Assembly: GCA_040954595.2 (NCBI GenBank)
Contig: CM082596.2
Span: 5,902,791-5,966,790, forward strand
Direction of reading: 5' to 3'
Origin: Balanoglossus misakiensis
Lineage: Eukaryota; Animalia; Hemichordata
Length of the DNA: 64,000 nucleotides
Shown here: one piece after another, positions 36,001 through 46,277 of the stretch
Layout of the letters: the number at the start of each line of letters is the position of its first letter
Numbering within the stretch: position 1 is the first letter of the stretch
Program-made: the position numbers and the translations under genes
The notes under the pieces: model-generated
Databases searched by the model: none
The model's input: only the letters and a program-made list of their open reading frames with translations
What the model was told of the DNA's origin: nothing

Positions 36001-38620
36001 AAATGTGCCTACTTCTTCTGGCAAGGATCCCAGAGCACCATCAATGAAAAGGGTGCCTCGGCCTTGATGACTGTCGAGTTAGACGAAGAGAGAGGACCTC
36101 AGGTGAGGGCCGAGACGGGTGCAGACACTGTGATACATGGTGTGATACATAGATATGCGAGCCATAATTCAGCAGCGGAGCACTGATGACTTGAAATCCA
36201 TCCTTATTTACAAAACTATTTGCCAAAATTTGTGTACAGACCACATTTTAGTCAGTTTCAACGAAATGCACTAAGACCACCTTCACTGGTCCTGCTCATA
36301 ACATCAACATATGCCAATAGGCAGTCCTAATGATAATTTCTTTGTGTGAGCAGATCCGAGTTGTTCAAGGCAAGGAACCTCCAGTGTTTCTACATCTGTT
36401 CCAAGGTGCACTGATTATGCACATAGGCAAGAGAGAAGAAGAGGAAACAAACACACAGGGTGGGTTCAAAGGTCACCTAATTCTTTTCTTTGCTGTCATG
36501 AAAAGTTTAAATATCAGCACTGCTGAATGCTTGCTGATGAGCCATAGACAGGTCCAATACACCTGAAGCCTGATTCACACATAGGTGTTTAAATGGAGTT
36601 ACCTCCACCGTACACTTCCAAAGCTAATACTTAACACATAAAGTGAACTCATAAGAAATGAATGCTAAAACATCACTGTAACGTTTCCTCTCATAGGTAC
36701 TTACAGACTGTACTGTGTTCGTGGTGAAGAACCAATAGAGGGTTTTCTCACAGAGGTTCCGCGGTCAGTGCAGCATCTCCGGTCAAGGATGTCGCTCCTG
36801 TTGCTGAACTTGGACAAAGTCAAGCGAAACCAGGCCGAGATCATCCTCTGGCATGGTTGCAAGGCTCTGGAGACGCACAGAAAGATCGCCAAGTTGACTG
36901 CCAAGAAACTGCAAGAGAGGTAGGAGTTTTCCTTTAATAAGTACATGTAGAAAACACAATGTATTTGTATAAAACTGTGCGCGCACACACATGCCAGTCA
37001 GACACAAATGAAAACATGAGTAATGAAATATCATTATGGTTTACTTTTGTCAACAGTCGACCTTTGGAGGCTGGTTTAAACAGTGAAGTGAAAGTCAGCA
37101 TTACAGAAATGGAGGAGGGAGATGAGAGCCCACTGTTCTGGAAAGCGATTGGTGGGAAACCAGGTGACAGAGGAGATTACGACTGCCTATTGGATGGTGT
37201 GTACTTTGTTGGTTCAAAGTGACAATTTCACCTTTCAGCTGCTGCATAAAGTATTTCTTTAGTTGAAATTTTTGAAGAAGTACTTCAAGTGCTTGTATTG
37301 CTCTGCGGAGTTTCATTACCAATTTTAGTCAACCCTTTCAGTAATATCATGTTTATATAACCCCATTTTATCTTTTTATTTTCAGAGCCGCTGGAATTTG
37401 AGTACACACCTCGTCTGTTTCATCTGACGAGCCAATCAGGGGCTTTTGAAGCCAATGAAATTCTAAATTCTGCCAGGTCCGACAAATCAATGTGTGCTTT
37501 TCCGTTCCTGCAATCAGAGTTGTACAACGTCTCACAGCCTGGTAAGTCAAATAATCTTGATGGCAAATCTTGAAGTCCGTTTGAGTTTTTGAACCTCTTC
37601 GACCCCCACTTCTGTGTGGAATAGTCCAGACATGTCACTGAAGACAATGAGATTGAACCGTTCCATTGGTGAAAAGGGTAATGCCAGAGATTGAAAGCTT
37701 CACATCTTCCTGTTTGTAGCACAATTCCTGTTTGACAACAACTCCGAAGTGTTTCTGTGGCAAGGATGGTGGCCGGAAGACGAAGATGAAGCTCACTACG
37801 GTACCGGATCAGCCAAGATGAGATGGGATCTGGATAGAAAGTTGGCTATGGAAACAGTCATGGATTACTGTAAAGGTACATATACCAGTTTATGCTTTGT
37901 TTCTTTGTTTCCTGGGCAACTGTGTCAATCACTGTAAAACGGCCGTGTAACGCACGGTAACGCTTTTTGTTTTCCCTTTTTCAGAGAGAAATCCCAAGTC
38001 TCCACTCACAGCGTACATCATCAACGCTGGTCTGGAACCCAAGACATTTACAAATCTCTTTCCTTACTGGCATTGTAGAGAAGACATTGCTGAAATCAAC
38101 CAAAAGGTCAGCATTCTTATTGTCTAGTTGGGTCATTCGCATGTAGTTTATTGTTTTCAAATCACTGCTTACTCCATATGACTCCCCCTCTTCATGATCT
38201 GTTTTTTTTTTTTTCATTTTACACAGGAGGGCAAGAGCAGCGAAGACATCCCACTGGTGAAGGATGTGTTAGCGCAACTGACGAAATCAAGATATACCAT
38301 TGAGGAGCTGACAGAGCGCCCTCTACCAGAGGGAGTGGATCCATCCAAACTTGAAACCTACCTCTCTGATGAAGAATTTCAGGTAAAGATGTTACTACGA
38401 TCAGTATTGATTGTGTTTTTTCCTTCTCGTTTCCTTTTAAGTTTTTCCGTCTGTGAATTTCTTTTGACTATTATTATTGGTTGTAGCCTATGGAACCTTT
38501 GACACAGTGCCTTTTACTGTTTCCCTTTTGCAGGACCTGCTTGAGATGAGTAAGGATGACTTCTATCAACTGCCATCATGGAAACAAAACAACCTCAAGA
38601 AGGACGTTGGGCTTTTCTAA
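1..38620 (+). CDS. SVIL: Supervillin (villin/gelsolin family), 5'-truncated by the window; about 2960 aa within the window
   Basis: Exons (all GT-AG, phases consistent, sum 8883 nt = 2961 codons): <1-176, 1540-1623, 3424-3533, 3740-4603, 4809-4972, 5326-7937, 8482-8616, 16139-17222, 18578-18732, 28551-28715, 30167-30293, 30450-30666, 30966-31463, 31628-31786, 32046-32182, 32342-32498, 32623-32768, 33314-33520, 33662-33769, 33961-34066, 35622-35789, 35945-36102, 36354-36459, 36697-36919, 37057-37196, 37386-37541, 37720-37875, 37985-38106, 38227-38382, 38534-38620. Supervillin signatures: [123 protein letters not shown], and a C-terminal headpiece. Confidence 0.96.
3740..4603 (+). CDS. SVIL: Supervillin N-terminal disordered-region exon
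   Basis: Acceptor ttcag|TT and donor AAAG|gtaaac, phase 1-1; S/T/P/E/R-rich open frame (ORF 3760..4653). Confidence 0.85.
5326..7937 (+). CDS. SVIL: Giant 2.6-kb supervillin exon, K/E/S/P-rich low complexity
   Basis: Acceptor tttacag|ACA and donor GAAAG|gtaaat; corresponds to the 834-aa ORF; in phase with flanking exons. Confidence 0.88.
8652..8680. repeat. (GT)n(CT)n microsatellite
   Basis: gtgtgtgtctctctctctctctctctctc. Confidence 0.9.
9404..9440. repeat. 18-bp tandem duplication
   Basis: gcatcatagatatcacct x2. Confidence 0.85.
10565..10725 (+). CDS. SVIL: Candidate alternative first coding exon of supervillin
   Basis: gccATGG Kozak context; [39 protein letters not shown]...PSVR; phase-2 donor AG|gtatgt matches the phase-2 acceptor at 16139. 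Confidence 0.55.
12091..12268. mobile_element. Tc1/mariner(pogo)-type MITE, about 180 bp
   Basis: TIRs cattaaaacctgtctaaactgaac and gttcggtttagacaggtttcactg; preceded by TA; internal repeats of cctgtcta. Confidence 0.7.
16139..17222 (+). CDS. SVIL: Supervillin exon with RxxTQP(I/V)T repeats and [GS]ILK array
   Basis: Acceptor ttgtag|G and donor AAG|gtcagt; encodes [33 protein letters not shown] and SLADKMNLF, typical of the supervillin N-terminus. Confidence 0.92.
27545..27966. mobile_element. Palindromic non-autonomous element (Crypton-A/Eulor-like hairpin plus tail)
   Basis: About 190-bp near-perfect hairpin 27771-27961 with apex ccctcggcctgcggcctcggg; upstream tail carries a partial arm copy (gggaaatagca, about 27610) and GTCACGTGA motifs. 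Confidence 0.6.
29933..30029 (+). mobile_element. About 95-bp piggyBac-like MITE (…AAGGGTTAA), copy 1
   Basis: Shares the core ttttctatggtaaagttggacctcta with the copy at 61101; ends aagggttaa. Confidence 0.6.
31628..38106 (+). CDS. SVIL: Supervillin gelsolin-like repeat region (multiple exons)
   Basis: Gelsolin-repeat motifs: [90 protein letters not shown]. Confidence 0.95.
34394..34440. repeat. Poly-C/poly-A/(AAT)n tract
   Basis: Run of C followed by more than 25 A and taataata. Confidence 0.85.
34851..34889 (+). CDS. SVIL: Candidate 39-nt cassette microexon of supervillin ([13 protein letters not shown])
   Basis: TACTAAC branch point 34792-34798, TGCATG at 34824, acceptor cttgtag|, donor CAG|gtgaaa; phase 1-1 matches both flanking exons. 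Confidence 0.65.
34920..35105. mobile_element. Degenerate inverted-repeat element (MITE-like)
   Basis: ctttcaccttctcactgctgcctgccaaaatt resembles the reverse complement of aattttggtgggaaactgtgagagggagtaaag. Confidence 0.4.
38227..38620 (+). CDS. SVIL: Villin headpiece domain (last two exons) and stop codon
   Basis: [22 protein letters not shown]|[28 protein letters not shown]; TAA at 38618-38620. Confidence 0.96.
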
Positions 38621-40917
38621 AAGTCGCTGGGATTTTCCCTTTCCCATGAACTGCTTCCATGACAACGATAAAAGCAACTCAACAAGTGTGCCGATTCGAT
38701 ATTGAACTGGATCAAGAAAGATGCTATTTATGTCGGAAAACTTATGTTATTTACATTATTTATCAACTGTGACATTTGTAAAGATTTATACAACCTTTGA
38801 CTTGTGTGACCTTTGACCCTGTACCTGCTGGTCAAAGATGCAACATTCATCTTGACTGTGAATGTATGGTTGAATCACACGTGGACAAACCCTGCCAATC
38901 TGTGGAGGACTATATATTGCTGATGTGTACAAATTGTTCTCTGTCAGCTGGACATCGCCGTGACAACGAGAGATGTCAACATTCCTTGGTGGGATTCCAA
39001 GTTTCAAGGCCAAAGACAAGACAAGAGATACGATTGTGCTCCAATGAGTGGTTGGACTTTGCCAAAATGATTATCGTCAGTTGATGTTTTTGTTTATTTT
39101 TTTGTAAAACACTCCTAATAGATCTGACTTGACAGTTGGCAGCAAGAAGGTCTGCCCGCTTATTCTTATTTGGGGGCAAGAACTCAGACGTCCTGTGCAA
39201 TCTGCCAACCAGCAACAGAGGTGAAATTTTTTTTGAGTGTCAGCTACAGCTCTGTTAAAACTGTGTCTTACAAACAGAACCCCGGAAAGTTGTGAGCAAT
39301 TTTAGATAGTTACTATAGCAACCAGTTACCATAGAAACTAGAGTGCATTCAGACAATCATGTTCAAATATTGTTACTAAGCTACACATTTTCTCAAAAAA
39401 CGCATCTTATTTTTGTACAGTTATTGCTTTTTATGTTTCTTTTTTGGAATTTTTCAGAAAAATAAAAGTTGGCCACCCCATTATTTCCACCTTTCAGTGT
39501 TTAAAAGTGAAATTAACCACCACAGAAATAGTGTGGATTATTTCAAAACTTGATAAGGGTAATATTTATTTTGAAGATGCTCTGTCCTATTAAAATCTCA
39601 TGACCAATATGTCCCATGGTTTGATACTGTAGACACACATACATGCAACAAAATATCAAAATCTGTCAAAGTTGAGATCTCCAGTCAGTTTTCTCAAACT
39701 GGTGTCATTTCAGTTCATGTGAATTAGTCTTTTTGTGAGGAGAACCAAACCGTACAGGTATAAGAATACATTTCACAAATTTACCTAACCCTACATTTCT
39801 GAAAAGATATTTTTCTTACCGTTTCCCCAGCAAGATGACACACATTCATGATGGCCATAAGCGCCTCCGGAAAACATCTATAACAAATTGAGAAATCGTG
39901 CATCAAATATTGACCCATGACACTGAGACCCTAGTAGAACAAATCGATTGGCAAGGTGAAAGGTCAGAATGAACCAATCAGGTGGTGGGAGTTATATAGT
40001 GGTTAACCCGGGCCAAAGCTTTCAAGGACAGAAATAGTGAACTAACTGTCAAAAATAAGTAAACATTTACAAATTTTGATTTAAATTTTAATCGTAACAA
40101 GACCTGCCAGAAGTAGGAACTCTGATTTTCATTTACATGATTAATATTATGGTAGGACTTTGGGGCAAAAAAGGGTGAAATCTTCACAAAACCGACACAA
40201 TATGCAAGTTTAGTCCCGAGGTTTAGTCCCGAGGTTTTGAGTACAGACCAATTTACAATCGGCACAACATCATTACTGCTATCAGTTTGGCTTGTAAACA
40301 CCATCAGTCTGTACTCCATATAGACAAGGAACACCCATATTTTATGATCACAACTCATGCACTTGACAAAGAATCATATACAGTAAGTTAATGTGGACTA
40401 GTTCATAGCAGGTCTGTATTTATATGTTTTTGGTAATTTCCTTAGTATTTTGGAATATTTTTCTTTGCCATATTTATAATTTACATTTATTTAGACTTTT
40501 GTTACTATGGCTTATAAAAAACAAAAACAAAAAAAGTTCAAGGGTGCTGAAAATCATTTGACATCTGCATATCAGCGTTTCTACTGCAACGGGCAGTCGG
40601 AAAATTGTGGATGCATATTAGTTGATAAATATGTTCTGTAAAATATGTTTCTTAGAATCTGATAAGGAGAAATGAAATTTGTTTTCATACAAGTGAAAAG
40701 TGGAGGAAAAAATTAGTTACTGTGTATTGTATAGTGTAAATAGTTTTTGGGAGATGTTACCATAGCCGTGTTCCAATTTTAGGCTGTAACCACCCTGTTT
40801 GTTAGAATGGGAGTAGCCCTGACTAGTTTTATGTAGGCCTCTACCATTGTATTGTAGGGGTGGTCAAGACAGACCCAACCATGTACTTACATAATGACTG
40901 AAGAGGCAGAACTGCAA

Positions 40918-40923
40918 AATAAA
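40918..40923 (+). terminator. Candidate polyadenylation signal of supervillin (a proximal AATAAA also occurs at 39461)
   Basis: AATAAA after about 2.3 kb of AT-rich 3'UTR-like sequence. Confidence 0.4.
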
Positions 40924-41355
40924 ATCACCTTGCTTAAAATCTACTTAGTACTGATTGTTGAGATATTGGAGAATGTGTTGAATATTGAGTTAGTTCTGAC
41001 CATATTATTATGTGTCAGATTGTCCAATTATCTGTAGTTGCACTCTTGAGAAAGGGGGAACCTCATATGATGGGACACCAGCTAAAAACAAAGGTCTGGA
41101 AAGTTTCAAACTCAGGGGGCGCTGGTGCTCTGGGTCAGAGGTGAACACTTTGCACAATACAGCACGTAACTAGGGCACAACCCCAAAATAATAAGCCTAC
41201 TGACTTCCTATAAGGCCAAATTTGACTTTTTTTATTGTGCCACTGGTCCGAGGGCTGTCTACATTTTTACTAAAAATCAGGATTGTCATTTGTCGTATAT
41301 GCCAAATCATGAACGTTTTGACGAAAGTTAACTGTCACAAGAAACTGTAAATCCT

Positions 41356-41829
41356 TCACAAATGATGGCCATTCTGGATCACCATCACTGGACGGAAAAA
41401 GCCGTTTGTCCGGTGTTGAAAATCCTCCAACTCCTTGACGAATCGGTTCATCCGTGAATGAAGCAGCGCGGTCATCTTCAGATCACCGTCTGTCTTCGGA
41501 TCATGCAGCGTGTCTTTCACAAGTTCCGTCGCGTCGCGGATATCCTGCATCTCACGCGACAACGCCTTACACGCCCTCACTCGCCAGTCGTGGATTGTGT
41601 ACCTGTATTCTAAGCGGTTCCGAAGACGTGGTGGAGGGAACAGTTTCACAAGAATAAGTGGCGGCCCCGGCGGATCATCATCTTCGACGACGTTATCGTT
41701 TTCAGCGTCGTTATTTTCTTCGGCCGCGGGAATCGGTTGATCTTCGCGTTCGTCTGATATACTGTCTGTATCCAAATGCTGAACCTTGTTTTTGCGGAAG
41801 GCGTTCCGTAACCTCTTTAAAACGTTCAT
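41356..41829 (-). CDS. Uncharacterised intronless ORF, 157 aa (MNVLKRLRNAFRKNKVQH...)
   Basis: ATG at 41829 and TGA at 41356; more GC-rich than its flanks; AATAAA on - at 41231-41236; no recognised domain. Confidence 0.5.
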   Translation of the reverse strand: MNVLKRLRNAFRKNKVQHLDTDSISDEREDQPIPAAEENNDAENDNVVEDDDPPGPPLILVKLFPPPRLRNRLEYRYTIHDWRVRACKALSREMQDIRDATELVKDTLHDPKTDGDLKMTALLHSRMNRFVKELEDFQHRTNGFFRPVMVIQNGHHL

Positions 41830-42946
41830 GTTTACCAATACCACGCGTCTTCTTAGCGCGATGCAACAGAGGAAAGCGCCTTAACAGTTCAGTATAAATC
41901 GGGAAAAATATAACCGGGCCCGATTCCTCCAACTGGCAGTGACACATAACAACAGGCTACGCCTCTCCGCAGCTGCAAGTTTTGAGTTGGTTCGTGTCGC
42001 TACTGAAAACAATGATCTCCAAGCAGAGTTCCACTCCGCGCGATCGAGATGGAATTAAAAATAGAACAGCGCGTCTGGCTTCAGCGTGTGATGACGAGAT
42101 CTCGTACGCTCCTGCTGCTGAAATGTTTTAAATATTAAACGTGCCGGTGCAAAAATAATGAAACAGGTGTTACCTGAGCAATCTTCTTGACGCGACGTTA
42201 CTGGAATGAATAGCACTGGTCCACGCTCCTTCACTGATAGAGACACTCTGTAAATATTGCAGACATATACAACCTGACATCAGTAATATGCAAATACTAA
42301 ATGCTACACAGTATGGGGGGCGTTGACATGTTTATTTATTTCTCTCTCGGAAATCATGATGTAAAGTTACTATCGAGTACTTTTCCTTGGCATTTTGTTA
42401 CAACATACCTGTATATATGAGCAAGTTTTCAAATTCCGATGAAAAGTGAAATTTACTGAGTTTTCTCTCTATTTTTTAGCTAAGTTGTTAGGAGTTACAC
42501 GACGAGGTCGCGGAGCAAGATGGGCTAGGCATATATTTGATGTCTGTATTCGCGGCCGAGTAAAACACTTACCTTGTCAAGAATAGCATTGGTTTAGAAA
42601 TAAAACTCCGACACAAATGTCGAAACAAACGTTAAGACGAAATAGTGGAATTTACGCTTACCTTCTAGGTGCTCGTCTAATCACAGGAGGGACTGTAGTA
42701 CTGCGATCAATCCGATATCCACATGTTACCTCTAAGTAAAAAAAATGTCGTCTGCAATATGTCCCAGGGTTCTCTGCGCCAACGCCCTCGCAGGATTTCT
42801 TGTCGTTTTCCATTTCTACGGATCGTAATATCATCAAAGTTTGATCAATTTCAAGGTACAAATAATAATTATCGGGTAATGACCATGACACACTTTTATT
42901 AATGACGAGGAAGAATAAATTTGGCATAGGACTGTCGGGAGATCCA

Positions 42947-43014
42947 ACAAAATGGCCGCGCCAGTGGCCACTTCCGGCTTCATATATATATGAACATACG
43001 CCTGCGTATGCGCA
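42947..43014 (-). promoter_or_regulatory. Housekeeping-type core promoter cluster (NRF1-like, ETS, YY1)
   Basis: On -: TGCGCATACGCA, then CCGGAAGTGG, then GCGGCCATTTTG within 70 bp; minus-strand donors GTAAGC (after 42662) and GTAAGT (after 42573) lie downstream. Confidence 0.5.
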
Positions 43015-43591
43015 GTTCGCAAACAGATTTTCTGATTGATTTCTTTGCGCTTGGTCTTCTTGAATTATGAGTTAGCTATTCCCCAGTAGGCTATATGCCC
43101 TATCTGCCAATTTTTCACATTCTTGAGAAGAAATTGTGGATCCTTTTATTTGTCCATTTTAAGTACACCATGCTGAACATATTTTATTGATAATAATTAC
43201 TAGTAAGATACAGCCACTTTTTTCATAGGTATGCTTTGTTTTATTTCAAGCCCCGCCCTTTTCCCAAATTCTTTTGAAGTTTCAAGGGAATAAAATAGGA
43301 AATTCATAATTGTAGATTCGCGAAGCAGCTATTTATAAGGTTTTCATTCAGCAAGTGTGGTTCCGGACTGTAAGTTATACGGGTGCTGACTATATCGACG
43401 TCATCATCGTTTTCATCTTCAATGACTTGAGGAATTACTGTGGTAACAAAAAAAGAGAAAGTACATGAAATAATTGCACATCAAATTATTCTAGGAAACT
43501 ACAAGTCCGTTCTTTACAAATCACACACTACTAACACGTGCAATATGACTATCAAACTGTCAGTTTTCACAGACAAGTTTTTAAAAGGAAA

Positions 43592-44566
43592 TCATGGCTT
43601 CGCTGGTACATGGTACAGGTAACTTGACTTTTTCGCATTCTCGTGAGTCAGATCTTCCACTTCCACGGGCCTGTATAGTTTATAACAATGTCTTATTGCA
43701 GAGGTAATATAATATATGACACTGAAATGAAATGTTCATCGAATATAATACAACGGAGTCTATTTTAAGTCATTAGCAAATGACGCAAAGTCTTACTTGA
43801 TGTTGTCTGTAGAGGGGTCTGTTTCGTCCGCGATGTCTCTGAGTCTTGTCTTTCCCACGGCTTGACACCGACTGCGCCTGCTCCTTCTGCATTCTCTACC
43901 CATGCTGTGGACAGAGTAATACCAATGAAAATGGTCAACATAGAAATAGACAGCACTATTATTAACAAGATACCTGATGAATATTCAAAGTTGCATAAAA
44001 TCTCACATCGAAAATTTGGACAGGCAGCAGTTCATCCTTCCCATCGAACACGACGCCATCAAAACATCGGATACAACTGTGACCAAACATAAAGTTATAT
44101 TCAATTTCAACAAAGTTTATATTAGATTTCATATTCTACCTAGCTTAGGTCTCCTTGGTGGTTTTTTCTCGAAGAGACTGTGATCTTCGAAATATTTCGG
44201 ACCTGCGGCCTTGATCTGAATCAGTTCTTGGTCCACATCATCGTCGTTGCAATTGCCCAAATTCAAGAAGTAATCGCCGATCACGAAGAGTGGAGTAACC
44301 GGTGTCTGCACCCTGTTTTCGACTTTGCCTTGGTCGTGGGCGACACTGCATCTGTTGACGTCATCGTCTGGAAAGAGTTCTTCAAGCGGTGGGTCGTTTG
44401 GCCACGGATATGGTGACTGATAGTGGACGACGGGATCGAACTTGACGCTCTGATTGGCCTCTCGCTTCAACTTCAAGTTCGGGCGGGGCAGTTTCGCGTG
44501 CAGCGCTTTCGAGAAGCGGATTTCGCTCTTCGCCAAAGTGTATCTCTCCTTCCGTCGGGTGGTCAT
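43592..44566 (-). CDS. Uncharacterised spliced gene, about 227 aa (MTTRRKERYTLAKSEIRF...)
   Basis: accATGA start with an in-frame stop upstream; exons 44566-44140, 44076-44007, 43904-43797, 43670-43592 joined by GT-AG introns in consistent phase (684 nt); possible alternative last exon 43437-43304. Confidence 0.45.
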
Positions 44567-46277
44567 GGTTGATGCAAAAGTTCACATGCGGATGGAACAT
44601 CACAATGGTTGCCATCGCGATAACTCTGCGCTATCGGACGTTCGGGAGCGTGTTCGATTCGAACCCGCCATACACGTAAAGTGCGCCCTCGTCGGGTCTG
44701 CTTGCATTCACGATATCGCTGCCACATGTATGGTCCGTGATTGCGCAAATGTACGGATAATTATCGACACAGCTTTCCGACTTCACTTGAGGAAGGATGG
44801 GCTGGATGGAAAACAGAGGAATCGGGAGGGGTCCACATTTACTGGCCAACCCCAATTTCCTTCGGCCCACCCCATCATAATAAATGAAAGCTCCCTTACA
44901 ATATACATGCACAGTAATATGTAATTAGCTGTGTGCCATACATGTATATAAATACTAGTATGACTGGTACATATAACCTTTTTAGCATTTTATCCCATTC
45001 CCAACTCATATTTTGCATATTTATGTAGATAAGTCGGTTAATTGGTGCACACTTTGGTGTTGATGGTTGTGGTAGGGGTCAACATTGGAAATTACTTCGC
45101 CTTGGGCTATGAAATAGAAGGGATTGACCTCTTTAGAAATAACTGGTCCATTATAATATATGGGTTAGTTTCAAGTAAATTTTGTACTAAAAATGCACAG
45201 GATATGACAATATTTGAACAGTGTCAGTGGTTACTTGCGTTTTGTTTTTCTGTTTTGGCAACTATAACGAGAGTTACACTCTCGATGCACGGTAAACAGT
45301 TAAATTTAGAAGCCGGAGCCGGATCCGAATTGACGTCATTGTCCGGCACTCGCCTACCATGTGTTCAGTGGTTCACCCCACGTGTATTCCACCAGTTACA
45401 GAAATGTGTGTGTACGGTGACAACAGAGAAAGTTAGGGTTTTCCCAAACTTTCAGTTATACTGGTTTTTAAAAGATGTCGTTATTTATGTTATTATTCGG
45501 GTCAGCTCTGCGTCCCAGGGCTTTGTGTTGTGTTTACAAAGAAACAAAGCACACACGCGCGAAGAAAATGTTCAGTCCCTATTGGCCATCACAAGTGGTA
45601 CTCGTACTCGATCTCGACAGGAGCTACCAGGTCATCATGTGTTCGGTCGTGTACATGCTCGTGTACACGGCCACCAAAGGTCGGATAGAGGTAAAGAAGG
45701 GACTTCCAAGCCGTCAACTCAGTCGTCAGCCCCTCTCTTTCTCCCTCCCCTCTCTTACTGCACTGGACCGAATTTTTAAGGAATCCCCTTGACCCCCCGA
45801 AATCTTCAGACCCCGAGGTATCAAGTGGTCCACACCATTATTCATTATCACTCTCGCTAATTATCACTTTCTAATTATAATTGGTCACGCCTTTTAGTCA
45901 AACAAAAGCGCTCGCGGACAGTCTTGCTTTTGTCATGGAACAAACATTCACAACGATTTTCGCTTGAGATATGATTCCTTCTTTTAGTACTAGTATAAAC
46001 CGGTTAAGGTCAACAGCAGGCAATTCGGCATTAGCTCTAATACTACCAGCATATCGTTCGATTCCCACGGCTCATTTACTGAACATGCCCAATCGCCTTT
46101 CCCTATAACGAATACACGTGAAAGTCATACACTACACATATATGGCGGATGACGTCCACATGTACCATTCAAATGCAAAACAGTTCCGCCAGGTGAGAGA
46201 ACACGGCGGTTGGATCTGGCTACTATCATTTCACTTTTTAAGAGCAAGCCGGTGCGGTTGGCAGCAGGCAAATCACC

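Noticed and set aside
43348-43407. ATGATGA...CTGA on - resembling a C/D snoRNA
   Set aside because: No terminal stem and no recognisable rRNA guide; better explained as NDDD codons of a candidate exon.
43765-43968. 67-aa ORF with an apparent signal peptide
   Set aside because: The hydrophobic start is translated T-rich intron sequence ending at the acceptor 43905.
45042-45792. 245-aa and 105-aa plus-strand ORFs upstream of SLC34
   Set aside because: The 245-aa ORF starts at a non-ATG codon; neither has recognisable motifs or a coherent splice structure; likely promoter or intergenic sequence.
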